Assembly: GCA_002269645.1 (NCBI GenBank)
Contig: NIVC01000876.1
Location: 1-64,000 of the forward strand
Reading direction: 5' to 3'
Origin: Macrostomum lignano
Taxonomy: Eukaryota
DNA: 64,000 nucleotides
Shown here: positions 15,098 through 27,995 of the stretch, in pieces
Layout: every line of letters begins with the position of its first letter
How positions within the stretch are numbered: position 1 is the stretch's first letter
Notes under the pieces: generated by a model
What the model was told of the DNA's origin: nothing
The model's input: only the letters and a program-made list of their open reading frames with translations
The model's database searches: none
Position numbers and translations under genes: made by a program

Positions 15098-15585
15098 GTC
15101 ACTGACAGTCAATTGTCACTGACAGTCAATTGTCACTGACAGTCAATTGTCACTGGCAGTCAATTGTCACTGGCAGTCAATTGTCACTGGCAGTCAATTG
15201 TCACTGACAGTCAATTGTCACTGACAGTCAATTGTCACTGACAGTCAATTGTCACTGGCAGTCAATTGTCACTGACAGTCAATTGTCACTGACAGTCAAT
15301 TGTCACTGGCAGTCAATTGTCACTGACAGTCAATTGTCACTGGCAGTCAATTGTCACTGGCAGTCAGATTGTCACTGGCAGTCAATTGTCACTGACAGTC
15401 AATTGTCACTGGCAGTCAATTGTCACTGACAGTCAATTGTCACTGGCAGTCAATTGTCACTGACAGTCAATTGTAACTGACAGTCAATTGTCACTGGCAG
15501 TCAATTGTCACTGACAGTCAATTGTCACTGGCAGTCAATTGTCACTGACAGTCAATTGTCACTGACAGTCAATTGTCAATTGTCA
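15098..15585. repeat. 17-bp quasi-palindromic minisatellite (TGTCACTG[A/G]CAGTCAAT)n, ~28 copies
   Basis: Unit read directly. Confidence 0.95.
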
Positions 15586-16075
15586 GCGAGAGAGAGCCCT
15601 CTGAAAGCACGATACAAACACCGGATTAACCTGCACCGTCTAAACGCACTAAGGGATTAATTTAGAGCCATGAGACCTCCAGCTGTGCATGCTCGATCTC
15701 TAAGAAACCGCGCGTTCCACTGGCAGTTCACCCGCGGACCATTTGTAGTTGTAGGACACAGCGCGTCAAAATTGTGGAAATTATTATTCACAAAGCTGAA
15801 TTTCATCAGCCCACACGCTCAGTAAAACTAACAAAAGCTGATATCTTTTTAATAAATTGAATAAATTTTCCATGACTTTGATGTGCTACAAGATCCCCCA
15901 ATTTGCAGTTTCGAAGAAAGCACCCAGCCGCACTCCCAAGTCTAACCCCACACTTTGCACACAAAACCGATGCCCTGACGTGCCCAGTTAGTAGGGCCGG
16001 TCAGTGGGGTGGTGGCGCCCAGACCAGGTTGCAAAATAAACACGGTTTTGCGGCCACCACTGCCGCCTGTTGCAG

Positions 16076-16317
16076 GCCTTCATGCCCATGATGTCGCCCA
16101 CCGGCTCTGCCGCCGTGGCTGCCGCAGCAGCCGGCCAGGCGCAGCAGACGGCGCACCCGGCTAGCGCCGGCGCCAATCAGCACATGGCGCCTGGCGCCCC
16201 AGTGAGCGCTCATTCGCACCTTCACCTTCAGCAGCAGCAGCAGCAGCAGCAGCAGCAATATTTCGTGACCAATCTAGGCCTGTGCTCGGAACAGGAGATC
16301 AAAGATTTGTTCGCCAG
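16076..16317 (+). CDS. cpo: cpo exon F: Ala/Gln-rich linker, (CAG)n polyQ, start of a second RRM (YFVTNLGLCSEQEIKDLFA)
   Basis: tgcag acceptor phase 0, GTACGC donor phase 2; FVTNLG..SEQEIKDLF resembles the Cpo/MEC-8 RRM2 start LFVANLG...EHELKEVF. Confidence 0.85.
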
Positions 16318-16580
16318 GTACGCTTGGCAGCCCCCCCCCCCACTCAGTCCAGTCACTCAGTCACTCGGGGTCCCGATTTTGTGTGCAAAGTTTCTCTTGT
16401 TTTTTTTCTTCATTCCTACTCACAGTAAGCACGCGAGGGCATTTAAACAAATCGCGTTTGATTTTCGCTATGTGCACTCTCAGTCACAGATTGCACTGCC
16501 ATCAAAATCTATCTATTTTTGCACTCAAGGACTCTAAAATATTAATTTTTTGTTTAACTTTGATTTTCCGTCACCCGCAG

Positions 16581-16638
16581 CTACCCCGGCTTATGTAAGG
16601 CGGCCTTTGCGGATCAGAAGCGGCTGTACTGCGAGTGA
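16581..16638 (+). CDS. cpo: cpo probable last coding exon (SYPGLCKAAFADQKRLYCE*)
   Basis: cgcag acceptor in matching phase 2; SYPGLC matches the RRM2 helix-1/loop motif (S/A)F(P/S)GF; in-frame TGA follows. Confidence 0.55.
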
Positions 16639-16805
16639 GAGCTGGCGGCTCGCGATTCCCCGTTCAACCTTTGCCCTGCCGTTTTTCGGGGATCAGCTTC
16701 CCCGCTTCCCCATCTGTTGCGTGCGTTTCTGTGTGCGAGACATTCTGAATAGTTGTCGGTAAGTTTCAGGAGTTAATCACTTTTTATGTAATAACTAATC
16801 TAGAA

Positions 16806-17835
16806 TCCCACTCTCAAATCCCAATTCCCCAATCTCAAATCCCAATTCCCCAATCTCAAATCCCAATTTCCCAATTTCAAATCCCAATTCCCAATCTCAA
16901 ATCCCAATTCCCAATCTCAAATCCCAATCCCCCAAACTGAAATCCCAATTCCTCAATCTCAAATCCCTATTCCCCAATCTCAAATCCCAATTCCCCAATC
17001 TCAAATCCCTATTCCCCAATCTCAAATCCCAATTCCCCAATCTCAAATTTCAATTCCTCAATCTCAAATCCCAATTTCCCAATTTCAAATCCCAAATCCC
17101 AATCTCAAATCCCAATTCCCAATCTCAAATCCCAATTCCCCAAACTCAAATCCCTATTCCCCAAACTCAAATCCCAATTCCTTAATCTCAAATGCCAATT
17201 TTCCAAACTCAAATCCCCCAATTTCAAGTCTCAATTCCCCACTCTCAAATCCTGATTCGCCAATCTCAAATCCCAATTCCTCAATCTCAAATTCCAATTC
17301 CCAAACTCAAATCCCTATTCCCCAGTTTCAAATCTCAATTCCTCAATCTCAAATCCCATTTCCTCAATCTCAAATCCCATTTCCCCACTCTCAAATCCCG
17401 ATTCGCCAATTTCAAATCTCAATTCCTCAATCTCAAATCCCAATTCCTCAATCTCAAATTCCAATTCCCCAAACTCAAATCCCTATTCCCCAGTTTCAAA
17501 TTTCAATTCCTCAATCTCAAATCCCAATTCCTCAATCTCAAATTCCAATTCCCCAAACTCAAATCCCTATTCCCCAGTTTCAAATCTCAATTCCTCAATC
17601 TCAAATCCCAATTCCTCAATCTCAAATCCCATTTCCCCACTCTCAAATCCCATTTCCCCACTCTCAAATCTCAATTCCCCACTCTCAAATCCCGATTCGC
17701 CTATTTCAAATCTCAATTCCTCAATCTCAAATCCCAATTCCTGAATCTCAAATCTCAATTCCTCAATCTCAAATCCCAATTCCTGAATCTCAAATCTCAA
17801 TTCCTCAATCTCAAATCCCAATTCCCTAATTTTAA
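16806..17835. repeat. ~21-bp C/A/T-rich minisatellite (AATCTCAAATCCCAATTCC[C/T]C)n
   Basis: Unit read directly; explains ORF 17192-17890. Confidence 0.95.
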
Positions 17836-20779
17836 ATCCCAATTCTCTAAAACCCCAATTTCTGTATTTTCCCAAACCCCATTACCCTAACTTTAAATCC
17901 CGAACCCAACTAAGATACTACTTGAAGTAAATTGCTCGCTACGCTAAACTTACAGTATTCACTCCGAAAGTAGAGATTTCTGCACAAAAATTACATGTCT
18001 GGATGTCTTGTCTTTGTTCCCATCATAAAATGCAAATTCTCCCATCGCGCCGCAGACAGCCGCCGCAGCCGCTACGAGTCAGCCTGCCGCTTTCTTCAAA
18101 ACAAAACTGAAACAATGCCGAGAAATGCAAACAAAAATGTTTTGTCATGCTCACCTAGGAGCAACAAAATTCATATTGTCCTTGCCATGCAAATCTTTAA
18201 TTACTTTTTTCTTGCTAATTTTGGTCTCAATCAACAAAATTGCTCCTTGAATTTGGCCTCATTAAAATATTTTATGGAGCTTCGTCTTCATTGTCTGCTT
18301 TTTGTACTTTTATCTCTGACCGCCAGCTGCGGACCCTCGCTAACCTGTCCAATTCAACTCTATTTGTTGTAATATTTTATTATTTCTACGTATTCTTAGC
18401 GATTTATCCGGAATTTACCTTAGCAAGCCGCTAACGACATGGTTTGTCCGGTAGGAATTCGTGTTTAAAACAAAACTGTGCAATTGGCCTGCCACCCAGA
18501 CTTTCCCGCTTCGCTCGCTCCGTGCAGAGAGGGAAGTGAGGTTTATTTTTGTAAAATTGATTCAACTCTCAATTTGTTTGACCCTTAATCTTGTTTTTAA
18601 ACCCGCTAACATTTCGTGTTTTACAAAATAACGTTTTAAAAGAAATTATTCAGCTTCAAATTCGACACAAAATTGTTTTGTTTAATAAGTTTTATTCTGT
18701 CAAAAACTGCTTCAAACTGACAAAAAAGTTTTCTGTTAATGTGCGACTCCTTTTTTAACTGAAAATCTGTTTGTTTGTTTTATTATTCTCTTATTCTAAT
18801 TTTTACCTGCGTATTTTTTCCCTAACGGAAGTTCTGTGCGAGTGTGAGCGGTACGGTGAGTCTCCTGCAAATGGCCTGATTGATGTGATCACAGAGACCA
18901 GCTGCTTGATGGACAGGTACGAGAAACCAGTGCGCCAGGTGTTAAAAATCCAATAGTGATATTAAATGATAGCATTCACTGCACTCACAGATTGGAGACA
19001 TTCGCACGTGCGGTGTGAAAGCTGATGAAAATCCCCACTGTCAGCGTTGGCAAGAACGTTTCAAAAAGTGAGCATTTATATTTTATACATATTCTATTAT
19101 TGCCACCTGCTATCTCGCGCACCTGGCACTCAAATACAAGGTATGCAGAACTGCACTGACAGAAGCACCGTCACCTGCTGGGAAAAGCTTGAGGCAAAAA
19201 ATGAAGTTCCCGTTTCCCCGACTCCACAATGTAAAACATGCTCAATAAGCTTACCGCGTGTGTCTGTAAGGAATTCGCCCCAACAAACTGCACTGTTTAA
19301 AATCAAGACTCGACTATTATTATTTTACCAAGAGTGCAAAATGTACTTAAAAAGTGTGTTTTAATATGTGACATCTTCAGCTATGGAAATAAATTGCATC
19401 GTCAAAAATTTTGGAGACAAAATATTATTTGGTCGTTTTCTCTTGTTCTTTCATAACAAGATATGAAATGTGAAATATGATTTATTTTATTATTATATTT
19501 ATTATTATTAATTATTATTGTTTTATTTAATGATTTATTATTATATGAAGTATGATTCATAACAATATATATCTGTAGAAAGAACAACGTCCCTCTCGGC
19601 CTTTATAGAGTGATTTGATGACTGTTTTCGCCTTTTCCAAGGACTGCAGCATTCTACACGCAATTCTCGATCTTTAGAGTTACATGGCCATGTATAACGC
19701 TGTAATTTTCGCTGCATTTTTGCTGTGCTACATGCTACCAACGCAACAGGAGTAGCGCGAGTACGTAGTACTGTACATGTACATGTAAAATATACATGTA
19801 ATATGCACACACTATATATGTACATTGTATACTCTTTTTATTTCAGAACAGTTAAAGAGAAAACTGCTCACTGGCGCATAGAGTGGCGACTTTTCAAATG
19901 TTGCTGAGTATAGAGGTACATATGTAATGTACAAGTTATACACTAGAGTCGTACTTGTAAATCATTGCAGGAGGCTGTGGGGTCACCCTTGCGAAACGCC
20001 TTCGCAGCGACATCCGTCCCACAACAACTGCTGAAGCGATTCTACATGTACACACGATCACACAGGGTGTACATGTAAAGCAGCTTCGACTTACTAATCA
20101 TGCCTTCCTTGTGCTGCTCTGGCTACATGTACATGTAATGTACATACTTTAGCATACCTGACGCATAGGTTATCTATGTTTATTATACTAAAGCCTAGCA
20201 TGAGCGTTAATCGTGACTTTGGAATTTCCTCCGCGTACGAGCTTCAGCCAGTAAGAACTTAGGGGAGACTATTATTAAATTCCAGCAGCCAATAAAATTC
20301 ATGGGGGGAATATCCCAATTTTTAGGAAGCCTTGACCATATACTCGCTTTCAGATGAGCATCCTTTCTATTCCTTCATCCATGGATGCTGCTGCTAGCTT
20401 TGCCAAATCGCCGTCTGGCCTGTACTGCAAATCTAGTCTGGGGTGAGCCGGGATGTCTATGGCCAATGCTGCTGAATAGACTGCTACGAATTATATGCTG
20501 CTTTTAGATACGTCTGCGAGGAAAGAGTTTTAGAATGTAGTGCTAATCCAAGGAGCTGTAGAATTAGCAATCTGGAGCGGAAGCGAGTTTTAATTACCTC
20601 TTGCCAGCACTGGATGTCTATGGCTCTGTCTGGCTCTGTCTATGCTAGTCTGGCCTCATGAGGTAAAACTGAAAAACTCGCTTCCACTTAATTTCAAATA
20701 GGGAGTTACTTTCCGCCCTGTAGAACTCCTTGGCTAATCTGAGCCAGTAATTTTAGTCTCGCTCGATCTTCACTTGTAT

Positions 20780-21660
20780 CCCCCAGTTGCACTGGTGCAG
20801 CAGTCTATGGTTTAATTGTTTATTTCATTTATTTGCACGATTTATTTGCACTGGAACTGAGTGCAAATAAACGAGAACTTTATATTTTAAAATGAAATCG
20901 ATTCAACATGAAATTGTAACCATTTAACAATTGCACTTGTGCAATAGTCTAAGTTCCAGTGATATACGCAGACGCAGACATGACGCAGATAACAGTGATT
21001 AGTCCTTGTTCACGAATGTGATGGTCACCTTATTAGTGTCACCCCGAGCCTCAATCCGCATTAGTTTGTGCGGTGTTCCTTGAACCACAGTAGTTTCACA
21101 GAAGTCCGTCCCGGTTGTAGCAGTATTGCCATCGGGTGTAGTCACAGTTGACATGGTCCTTGTACTGATCTCACGAGTTTGACACATCTTTGACACGTCT
21201 TTCAGTACCATGAGCGCGGGTCCACCGTCGGAACACCAGAGTACTTTCTTCGCCGCATGCCACTCTTGGAAAGTAGCAAACATCCAGCGACATTTCTTTA
21301 GCGTGTTTGTTGGAACCGTTCCTTCGATGAGTGAACTGACTTCTTCGTCAGTCAGATTGACAAATCTTTCGGTAGCCATTTTAACTAGCTAGCTAAGCCA
21401 AGCACTCGCGCTGTCTCTCTTCTTTTTACGAGCGCATCTTTCATTTAGCGGTACGGTACCTTAATGCTAGTCTCTATGGCCATTTTTGCTTTTAGCTTTG
21501 TACTTTATGCTATTCAACTGAGGGATACATAATATTCCCCATTAATACCAAGTGTCTAGGGCAATAAATGCTTGAGTGACTTTTTTATTGACCGAGGCGA
21601 AACCAATTATCCCTCCCCCCGTTCTTTCTTATTGGCTCCTGACTGCCATAGACAAAGTCG
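20780..21660 (-). mobile_element. Probable non-autonomous Crypton-like (tyrosine recombinase/DUF3504) relic containing the 126-aa ORF 21379-20999
   Basis: ORF begins RFVNLTDEEVSSLIEGTVPTNTLKKCRWMFATFQEW, like the N-terminus of Crypton/KCTD1-ZMYM-type proteins; recombinase core absent; flank TTATTGACCGAGGCGAA resembles Crypton end sequences (recalled, not searched). Confidence 0.55.
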
Positions 21661-22079
21661 TTTTCGTCTCGTTTTTTGTTTTCGCCCCCCTCTGAAAATA
21701 CGAGCGTATCACCCTCTGAAAGTAATTAGGCGGTCACGGGCCACGGCACACATAGTGTGATAATGCAGTTTTTGCAACATGCAAGTCCCTAGGGCCCGTT
21801 TCAGCTTTCAATTCGCAGCAAAAGCCAATACAAATATTTTGAGGCTAAATTTCTAATCATTTTTAGCCACTCGTATATTATACAGCCATTAATTTTTACA
21901 TTTACACTTTATCTGGCAAGCATGCCTTCAGAAAAACAATAAAATTACACGATGCACCACGCCAGAAGTACGCACAGTTCCATATAAATATTATTTCGTA
22001 CACACTTATAAGAATGACCAACGACTGCATCTACTGTACACAGTAGCCTACTGTTAGTAATGCGCGCAGTTTCTACAGA

Positions 22080-22273
22080 TCAAATCTCCGGATTCTCGTG
22101 CCGGGTGAGCGGCAGGTGCATGCTGTTCATCTTGAAGGCGTCCTGCCGCTTCTTGCGCAGCTGCACCGTCACCAGCAGAGTGAGCAGGCTGACAGGGAAC
22201 AGGGCACAGATGAGCAGCAGGCCCCAGCGGAAGAACAGCTCCTGCTCTGTTGACGTGGAGCCGAATGATGCAC
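22080..22273 (-). CDS. SUEL-lectin membrane protein, last exon: TM helix (WGLLLICALFPVSLLTLLVTV), RKKR stop-transfer, short tail ending ENPEI*
   Basis: ccaacag acceptor phase 1 matches the preceding exon; hydrophobic segment followed by a basic cluster; TGA at 22082-22080. Confidence 0.85.
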
Positions 22274-22324
22274 CTGTTGGAGTGAGATCAAATCGCTTTC
22301 ATGAGTTCGGATTTCCGACATCCG

Positions 22325-24495
22325 ATTCTAGACAATTTATTCCCGGTTCCCGGCATTTGATTCCAGATTCCGGACAATTTACTCCCGATTCCCGACACTT
22401 TATTCCCGGTTCCCCACACTTTGTTCCCGATTCCCGACAATTTATTCCCGATTCCCGACACTTTATTCCCGATTCCCGGCATTTGATTCCAGATTCCGGA
22501 CACTTTATTCCCGGTTCCGGCTCTATACTCCCGATTCCCCACACTTTACTCCCGATTCCTGACACTTTATTCCTGATTCCCGGCACTTTACTCCCGATTC
22601 CCGGCACTTTACTCCCGATTCCTGGCACTTTACTCCCGATTCCTGGCACTTTACTCCCGATTCCTGACACTTTACACTCCCGATTCCCCACACTTTACTC
22701 CCGATTCCCCACACTTTACTCCCGATTCCCGACACTTTATTCCTGATTCCCGGCACTTTACTCCCGATTCCCGGCACTTTACTCCCGATTCCTGGCACTT
22801 TACTCCCGATTCCTGGCACTTTACTCCCGATTCCTGACACTTTACACTCCCGATTCCCGACACTTTACTCCCGATTCCTGACACTTTACTCCCGATTCCG
22901 GACACTTTACACTCCCGATTCCCGACACTTTACTCCCGATTCCTGACACTTTGCTCCCGGTTCCCGACACTTTGCTCCCGGTTCCCGACACTTTACTCCC
23001 GGTTCCCGACATTTGATTCCCGATTCCGGACAATTTACTCCCGATTCCCCACACTTTATTCCCGATTCCCGGCGCTTTACTCCCGATTCCTGACACTTTA
23101 CTCCCGATTCCTGACACTTTACTCCCGATTCCTGACACTTTACTCCCGATTCCTGACACTTTACACTCCCGATTCCTGACACTTTACTCCCGATTCCTGA
23201 CACTTTACACTCCCGATTCCCGACACTTTACTCCCGATTCCTGACACTTTGCTCCCGGTTCCCGACACTTTACTCCCGGTTCCCGACATTTGATTCCCGA
23301 TTCCGGACAATTTACTCCCGATTCCCCACACTTTACTCCCGATTCCTGACACTTTACACTCCCGATTCCCGACACTTTACTCCCGATTCCTGACACTTTG
23401 CTCCCGGTTCCCGACACTTTACTCCCGATTCCTGACACTTTGCTCCCGGTTCCCGACACTTTACTCCCGATTCCTAACACTTTGCTCCCGGTTCCCGACA
23501 CTTTACTCCCGGTTCCCCACACTTTACTCCCGATTCCTGACACTTTACACTCCCGATTCCCGACACTTTATTCCCGATTTCCGACACTTTACTCCCGATT
23601 CCCCACACTTTATTCCCGATTCCTGACACTTTACTCCCGATTCCCCACACTTTATTCCCGATTCCCCACACTTTACTCCCGATTCCTGACACTTTACTCC
23701 CGATTCCTGACACTTTACTCCCGGTTCCTGACACTTTACACTCCCGATTCCTGACACTTTACTCCCGATTCCTGACACTTTACTCCCGATTCCTGACACT
23801 TTACTCCCGATTCCTGACACTTTACTCCCGATTCCGGACACTTTACTCCCGATTCCTGACACTTTACTCCCGATTCCTGACACTTTACTCCCGATTCCTG
23901 ACACTTTACTCCTGATTCCTGACACTTTACTCCCGATTCCTGACACTTTACTCCCGATTCCTGACACTTTACACTCCCGATTCCTGACACTTTACTCCCG
24001 ATTCCTGACACTTTACTCCCGATTCCTGACACTTTACACTCCCGATTCCCGACACTTTACTCCCGATTCCCCACACTTTACTCCCAATTCCCCACACTTT
24101 ATTCCCGATTTCCGACACTTTACTCCCGATTCCCCACACTTTATTCCCGATTTCCGACACTTTACTCCCGATTCCCCACACTTTACTCCCGATTCCCGAC
24201 ACTTTATTCCCGATTTCCGACACTTTACTCCCGATTCCCCACACTTTACTCCCAATTCCCCACACTTTATTCCCGATTCCCGACACTTTACTCCCAATTC
24301 CCCACACTTTATTCCCGATTCCCGACACTTTACTCCCGATTCCCCACACTTTATTCCCGATTCCCGACACTTTATTCCCAATTCCCCACACTTTATTCCC
24401 GATTCCCGACACTTTACTCCCAATTCCCCACACTTTATTCCCGATTCCCGACACTTTACTCCCAATTCCCCACACTTTATTCCCGATTCCCGACT
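22325..24495. repeat. ~2.2-kb minisatellite, ~19-21-bp variants of (CCCGATTCC[T/C]GACACTTTACT)n, filling almost the whole 2.29-kb intron
   Basis: Unit read directly; source of the many SGIGSKV and CQESGVK ORFs. Confidence 0.97.
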
Positions 24496-24564
24496 CCGTA
24501 AACGTTTCCCATATTTCAATCACAATGCCACAGATTTTAAACTATTTCCACCCCTTCAGTGCAC

Positions 24565-24939
24565 CTAAACAGGCGAAGTCCATGAGCAGGTAGGGCGCCG
24601 GCACAAAACGACACTCAGTGACATCGGCCAGAAGTTCATCGGGTTGCAGCCAACAGTTTCGATGACCGTCGCATTGCCGGATCGCCGACGTGAGCACTGG
24701 GGTCAGACAGGCCTCCATCGGATGCCGCGGCTGGTCATTCCTTGCGCTTATCGTCGGTGGCGCAGAGGACTCGCCGGGCGTCGCTTCAGTCGATGTCGAT
24801 GATGAGGCAGTTCTGCTCACAGCTCCAATGTGGCAGGTGCCGTCAAAACTGCGGCCAAAATAGGCGTACCAGATTTTCAGGCGGGTTCCGGCTGGGCAGG
24901 TCAGGTTGTAGGCGGTGCCAGAGCAGATGGCCAGTTTGC
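24565..24939 (-). CDS. SUEL/galactose-binding-lectin (Gal_Lectin) domain exon of an EVA-1/EVA1C-like membrane protein
   Basis: 8 Cys in SUEL spacing: ICSG..YNLTCPAG..LKI..AYFGR...TC...AC......QCDGHRNC...EC.....YL.MDFAC; accag acceptor and GT donor, both phase 1. Confidence 0.9.
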
Positions 24940-25512
24940 CTGGTGAGTGAGCAGGCAATATTTGGAACTGTTGGCTTGGAAGCGCAGGTTAGTTAAACAG
25001 AGTTTTACCCTTAGAACTGGACAGCAGAGCTAGTAGATGCCTAAAACTACATGCAGTTGTATAAGTACATAATTTATAGCCAAATACTATTGTCATTGTC
25101 AATAAATGCTTAACGACTTCACATTTTCACATCCGTACGCCGAAAGACTTCAGAGACCATAAATAGCTGAGTAAAATTGAAGGCTGTATCTTTATCCTGC
25201 GCGTGCACATGCACAGGTCGTTTTAATATTGCTACCAGATTGTGCGGCACCTTCGGAATCCCCAAACATATACAAAGCAATTCCTCGATTAATAGCGATT
25301 TATTTCGCGTTAGTTGACTCTGGTCAATCATCGACGAAAGAATGTGCAACAGCCCTGCCCACTGGGTTGTAGGGCTTGTTATTGTGCGCCAGTGTGCCAA
25401 TGTGATCTTACTGGTAATTTTTCAGTCGATGGGGTGGGGTTGGTGGGGCTTTACGTCAAAGTCGGAATCCTAACGTCCACCACAACCCCATCCCCAAACC
25501 AATGTACACAGG

Positions 25513-25872
25513 TTTTTTTTATTAGAGGCAGGGGGGTTGTGTGCACCCTGGCGCACTTTAAGCGACATAGGCACACAAACCGGCGAGAGGCATTGCTGCC
25601 CATTCCGCCGACTCCCCTGAGCAGGCACACAAGCGCACGGATACGTACGCAGGCACACACTCACACAGGAGTGTACAGCGGCCCTAACTTTATTTTATCG
25701 TTAGGCATGTACACTTCACTGCGCCTTGGGGGGGGGGGGGTTGGCCGTCAATTGCACGAGCAGCGCCAAGCCGAGATTCCAATTCAGCCCCAAATTAATG
25801 TGACTGCACTTGGAATCGAGCCTGGGTCGCTGGCAAACCAGAGCCTGCGCTACCGCTGGGCTACGGCCCCCC
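25513..25872 (-). mobile_element. tRNA-derived SINE (family 1), full length, with 9-bp TSD GTACACAGG
   Basis: A box TAGCCCAGCGG, B-box-like GGCTCGATTCC, TAATAAAAAAAA tail; TSD at 25504-25512 and 25873-25881; near-identical to the 46164-46527 copy. Confidence 0.92.
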
Positions 25873-27919
25873 GTACACAGGCTTAGTCGTGGCTTCTGCA
25901 ATGTACGATCCGAGAGACGGCTGGCGCTACTTGGAAAGTCCAATTGATAAAATCGATATTTACACTCATCTTAAAACTTCTCCCAATCAGTGTACATTGG
26001 GAGGGGTTGTCTGTTTGATTTTAGAACAGCTGCAGCAACCCACTGATAATACAGAATAGCAATTAAGTCAGTCACTCGAATCGAAACCACAAGCCCTCCC
26101 CCAGATAAGCTTGATAGTTGAAGCTGGACCAGTTAAACTGTTTGAATAGCCATAGCCAGCACAGAAAAAGAGCCTGCCTGATTTCACAGGGCTTGAAATG
26201 AGATAATGTAAATGTAGAACCTTTTTGTCCTTTTTTTTCCATCTGTTTTTTACTGTTTCATCTGGGCCCAGCCTTCCGTTGCACTCTTTGCTTTGGTACA
26301 AAAAAGAAGAATTCTCTGTCCAGACTCAATTCATTCACTGGGAGGGGCCGCATGGATCCATTATTACCTTACCTTGCCAGTCCATGCAGTTGCCGCGTCC
26401 CACCCGCCCAGTCCTTTTAAATTCATTGATCGATGCTAACACAGGGCTGAGGTGAAATTAACGCGGTTGGGAATCCCAAATGGAGCAGTAACAGTATCCA
26501 TTGACTTTGTTGTTTTTGTTCTGAGCCATTTTTGACTCTATTTGTATCCTCCAGATGGCATGCAATGCAATCAAGAAACAGCATCGAGTTTCAACCAGAA
26601 ATCCTAGTTAATTTCTACTCCCAAAAATATCCCTCCGGCAAGCGCGCTAGGAGAAAAAGAGATAAATCAAACTGAATGCGATCTACCCGACGTTCTGGCT
26701 TATTTTCGTATCAGCCTCACCAGTGCGCCGCAGTAAATCCCCCTAATCCTCTTACTTATTCTCCTACTTTCCTTCATCAAAGAATAGTTATTTCGATCGC
26801 GCTGGATCGGGGCAGGCGGATCGGCTTTTCCGCTCACCTGCGCTAATTAGGCCGGCGGGGAGGGGATTAGGCCGCAATGCCCCAGTGTGGTAAGCAGCGA
26901 TCAACTCAACTGCCTAATGACTGCCAGATGGGTGGGGGCTGCGGGCTCAGAGCCTTGCTCGAATTCGCCCTTCTCCTTTGGTCGGGTCGTTAAGCGGGGC
27001 AAGCGAGAAGTTGAGTCGACCTATTTTCTTTACCTTGAACAAATATAGGTAGAGGCCAGCTAGAACTTGTAGAGGCCCACCAACACCCTCAAAAGATTTT
27101 CCCCGATGGCGTTCCCAGGGGACATTTGAGCCCTGCAACCTGGCCAGCATGGTCCACCCTCCTTGCATGAACGGGTCCGCCTATTTATTATTGAATATTT
27201 GTCGCGCATAGACAGACGACAGATCGGCGAAAAATTCCAATTTGTGCCGCACGGTTGGGCAAAATTATCAACAAAAATTTGCTGCCCCGAACAGCTGAGC
27301 TGGGGGGGCATCTATTGGGGAGAGGAGCGACGGCCTGGGTTGATTCCTTGGAGAATGTTGATGAAGAGCGGGGGGCAGAGAGGCAGAAAAGGCAGCTACA
27401 GATGGGCTCAGCAGACTGCATGAGGGAGAGGCTGCAGGATGCTTGGCCTTTCCTTCGTCGAATCGATTCCGACCGTCCGGTTCTCAGGACGATTCTCAAA
27501 AAAATGGAAAATGAGAGCCCCAACTGAGGGGCAGGCACAGGGGACCGTGTGTTAGGGAGATGGAGAAAATGAAAGATTTTGGTTGGCATGAATTTAGCAT
27601 TCAGCCTGGGAGCTGAGGGACCCGCGGCTGGCGCATGCTCGGGAATCTCGGCCGTACTCGGCCATTAATTAAAGCGTACACCCAATCGTAGCTCGGGCTC
27701 CGTTAGCCGCTTCAATTCCCGCTTGTCTCTCCCTAGGGGAGTTGAGCCGAGTTGAGTCCTTCATTCGACTCGAAGGGGGGCTACGCATATGTACATTGTC
27801 TCCCCGCGCTGACAGCTGGGCATGACGGAATCCATCCCAGCCCTCCGGCCTGAACTGTAGTACGGATATTATTCCGTACTTACTTACTTATTTACTGACA
27901 GACGGGGCCGCTCATTACA

Positions 27920-27995
27920 CTGATTGAAGGCCAATCTGGAAAGTGATCACGTGACGTGAGACTCGGCTATCGCCAATATATAGCGCCAATTAGCA
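27920..27995. promoter_or_regulatory. Cluster of three CCAAT boxes plus TCACGTGA E-box and TGACGT inside the large intron
   Basis: CCAAT at 27931, 27973 and 27986; TCACGTGA at 27947-27954; motif occurrence only. Confidence 0.3.

Noticed and set aside
22288-24523. Many Gly/Ser/Lys- and Cys-rich ORFs
   Set aside because: Intronic minisatellite translations
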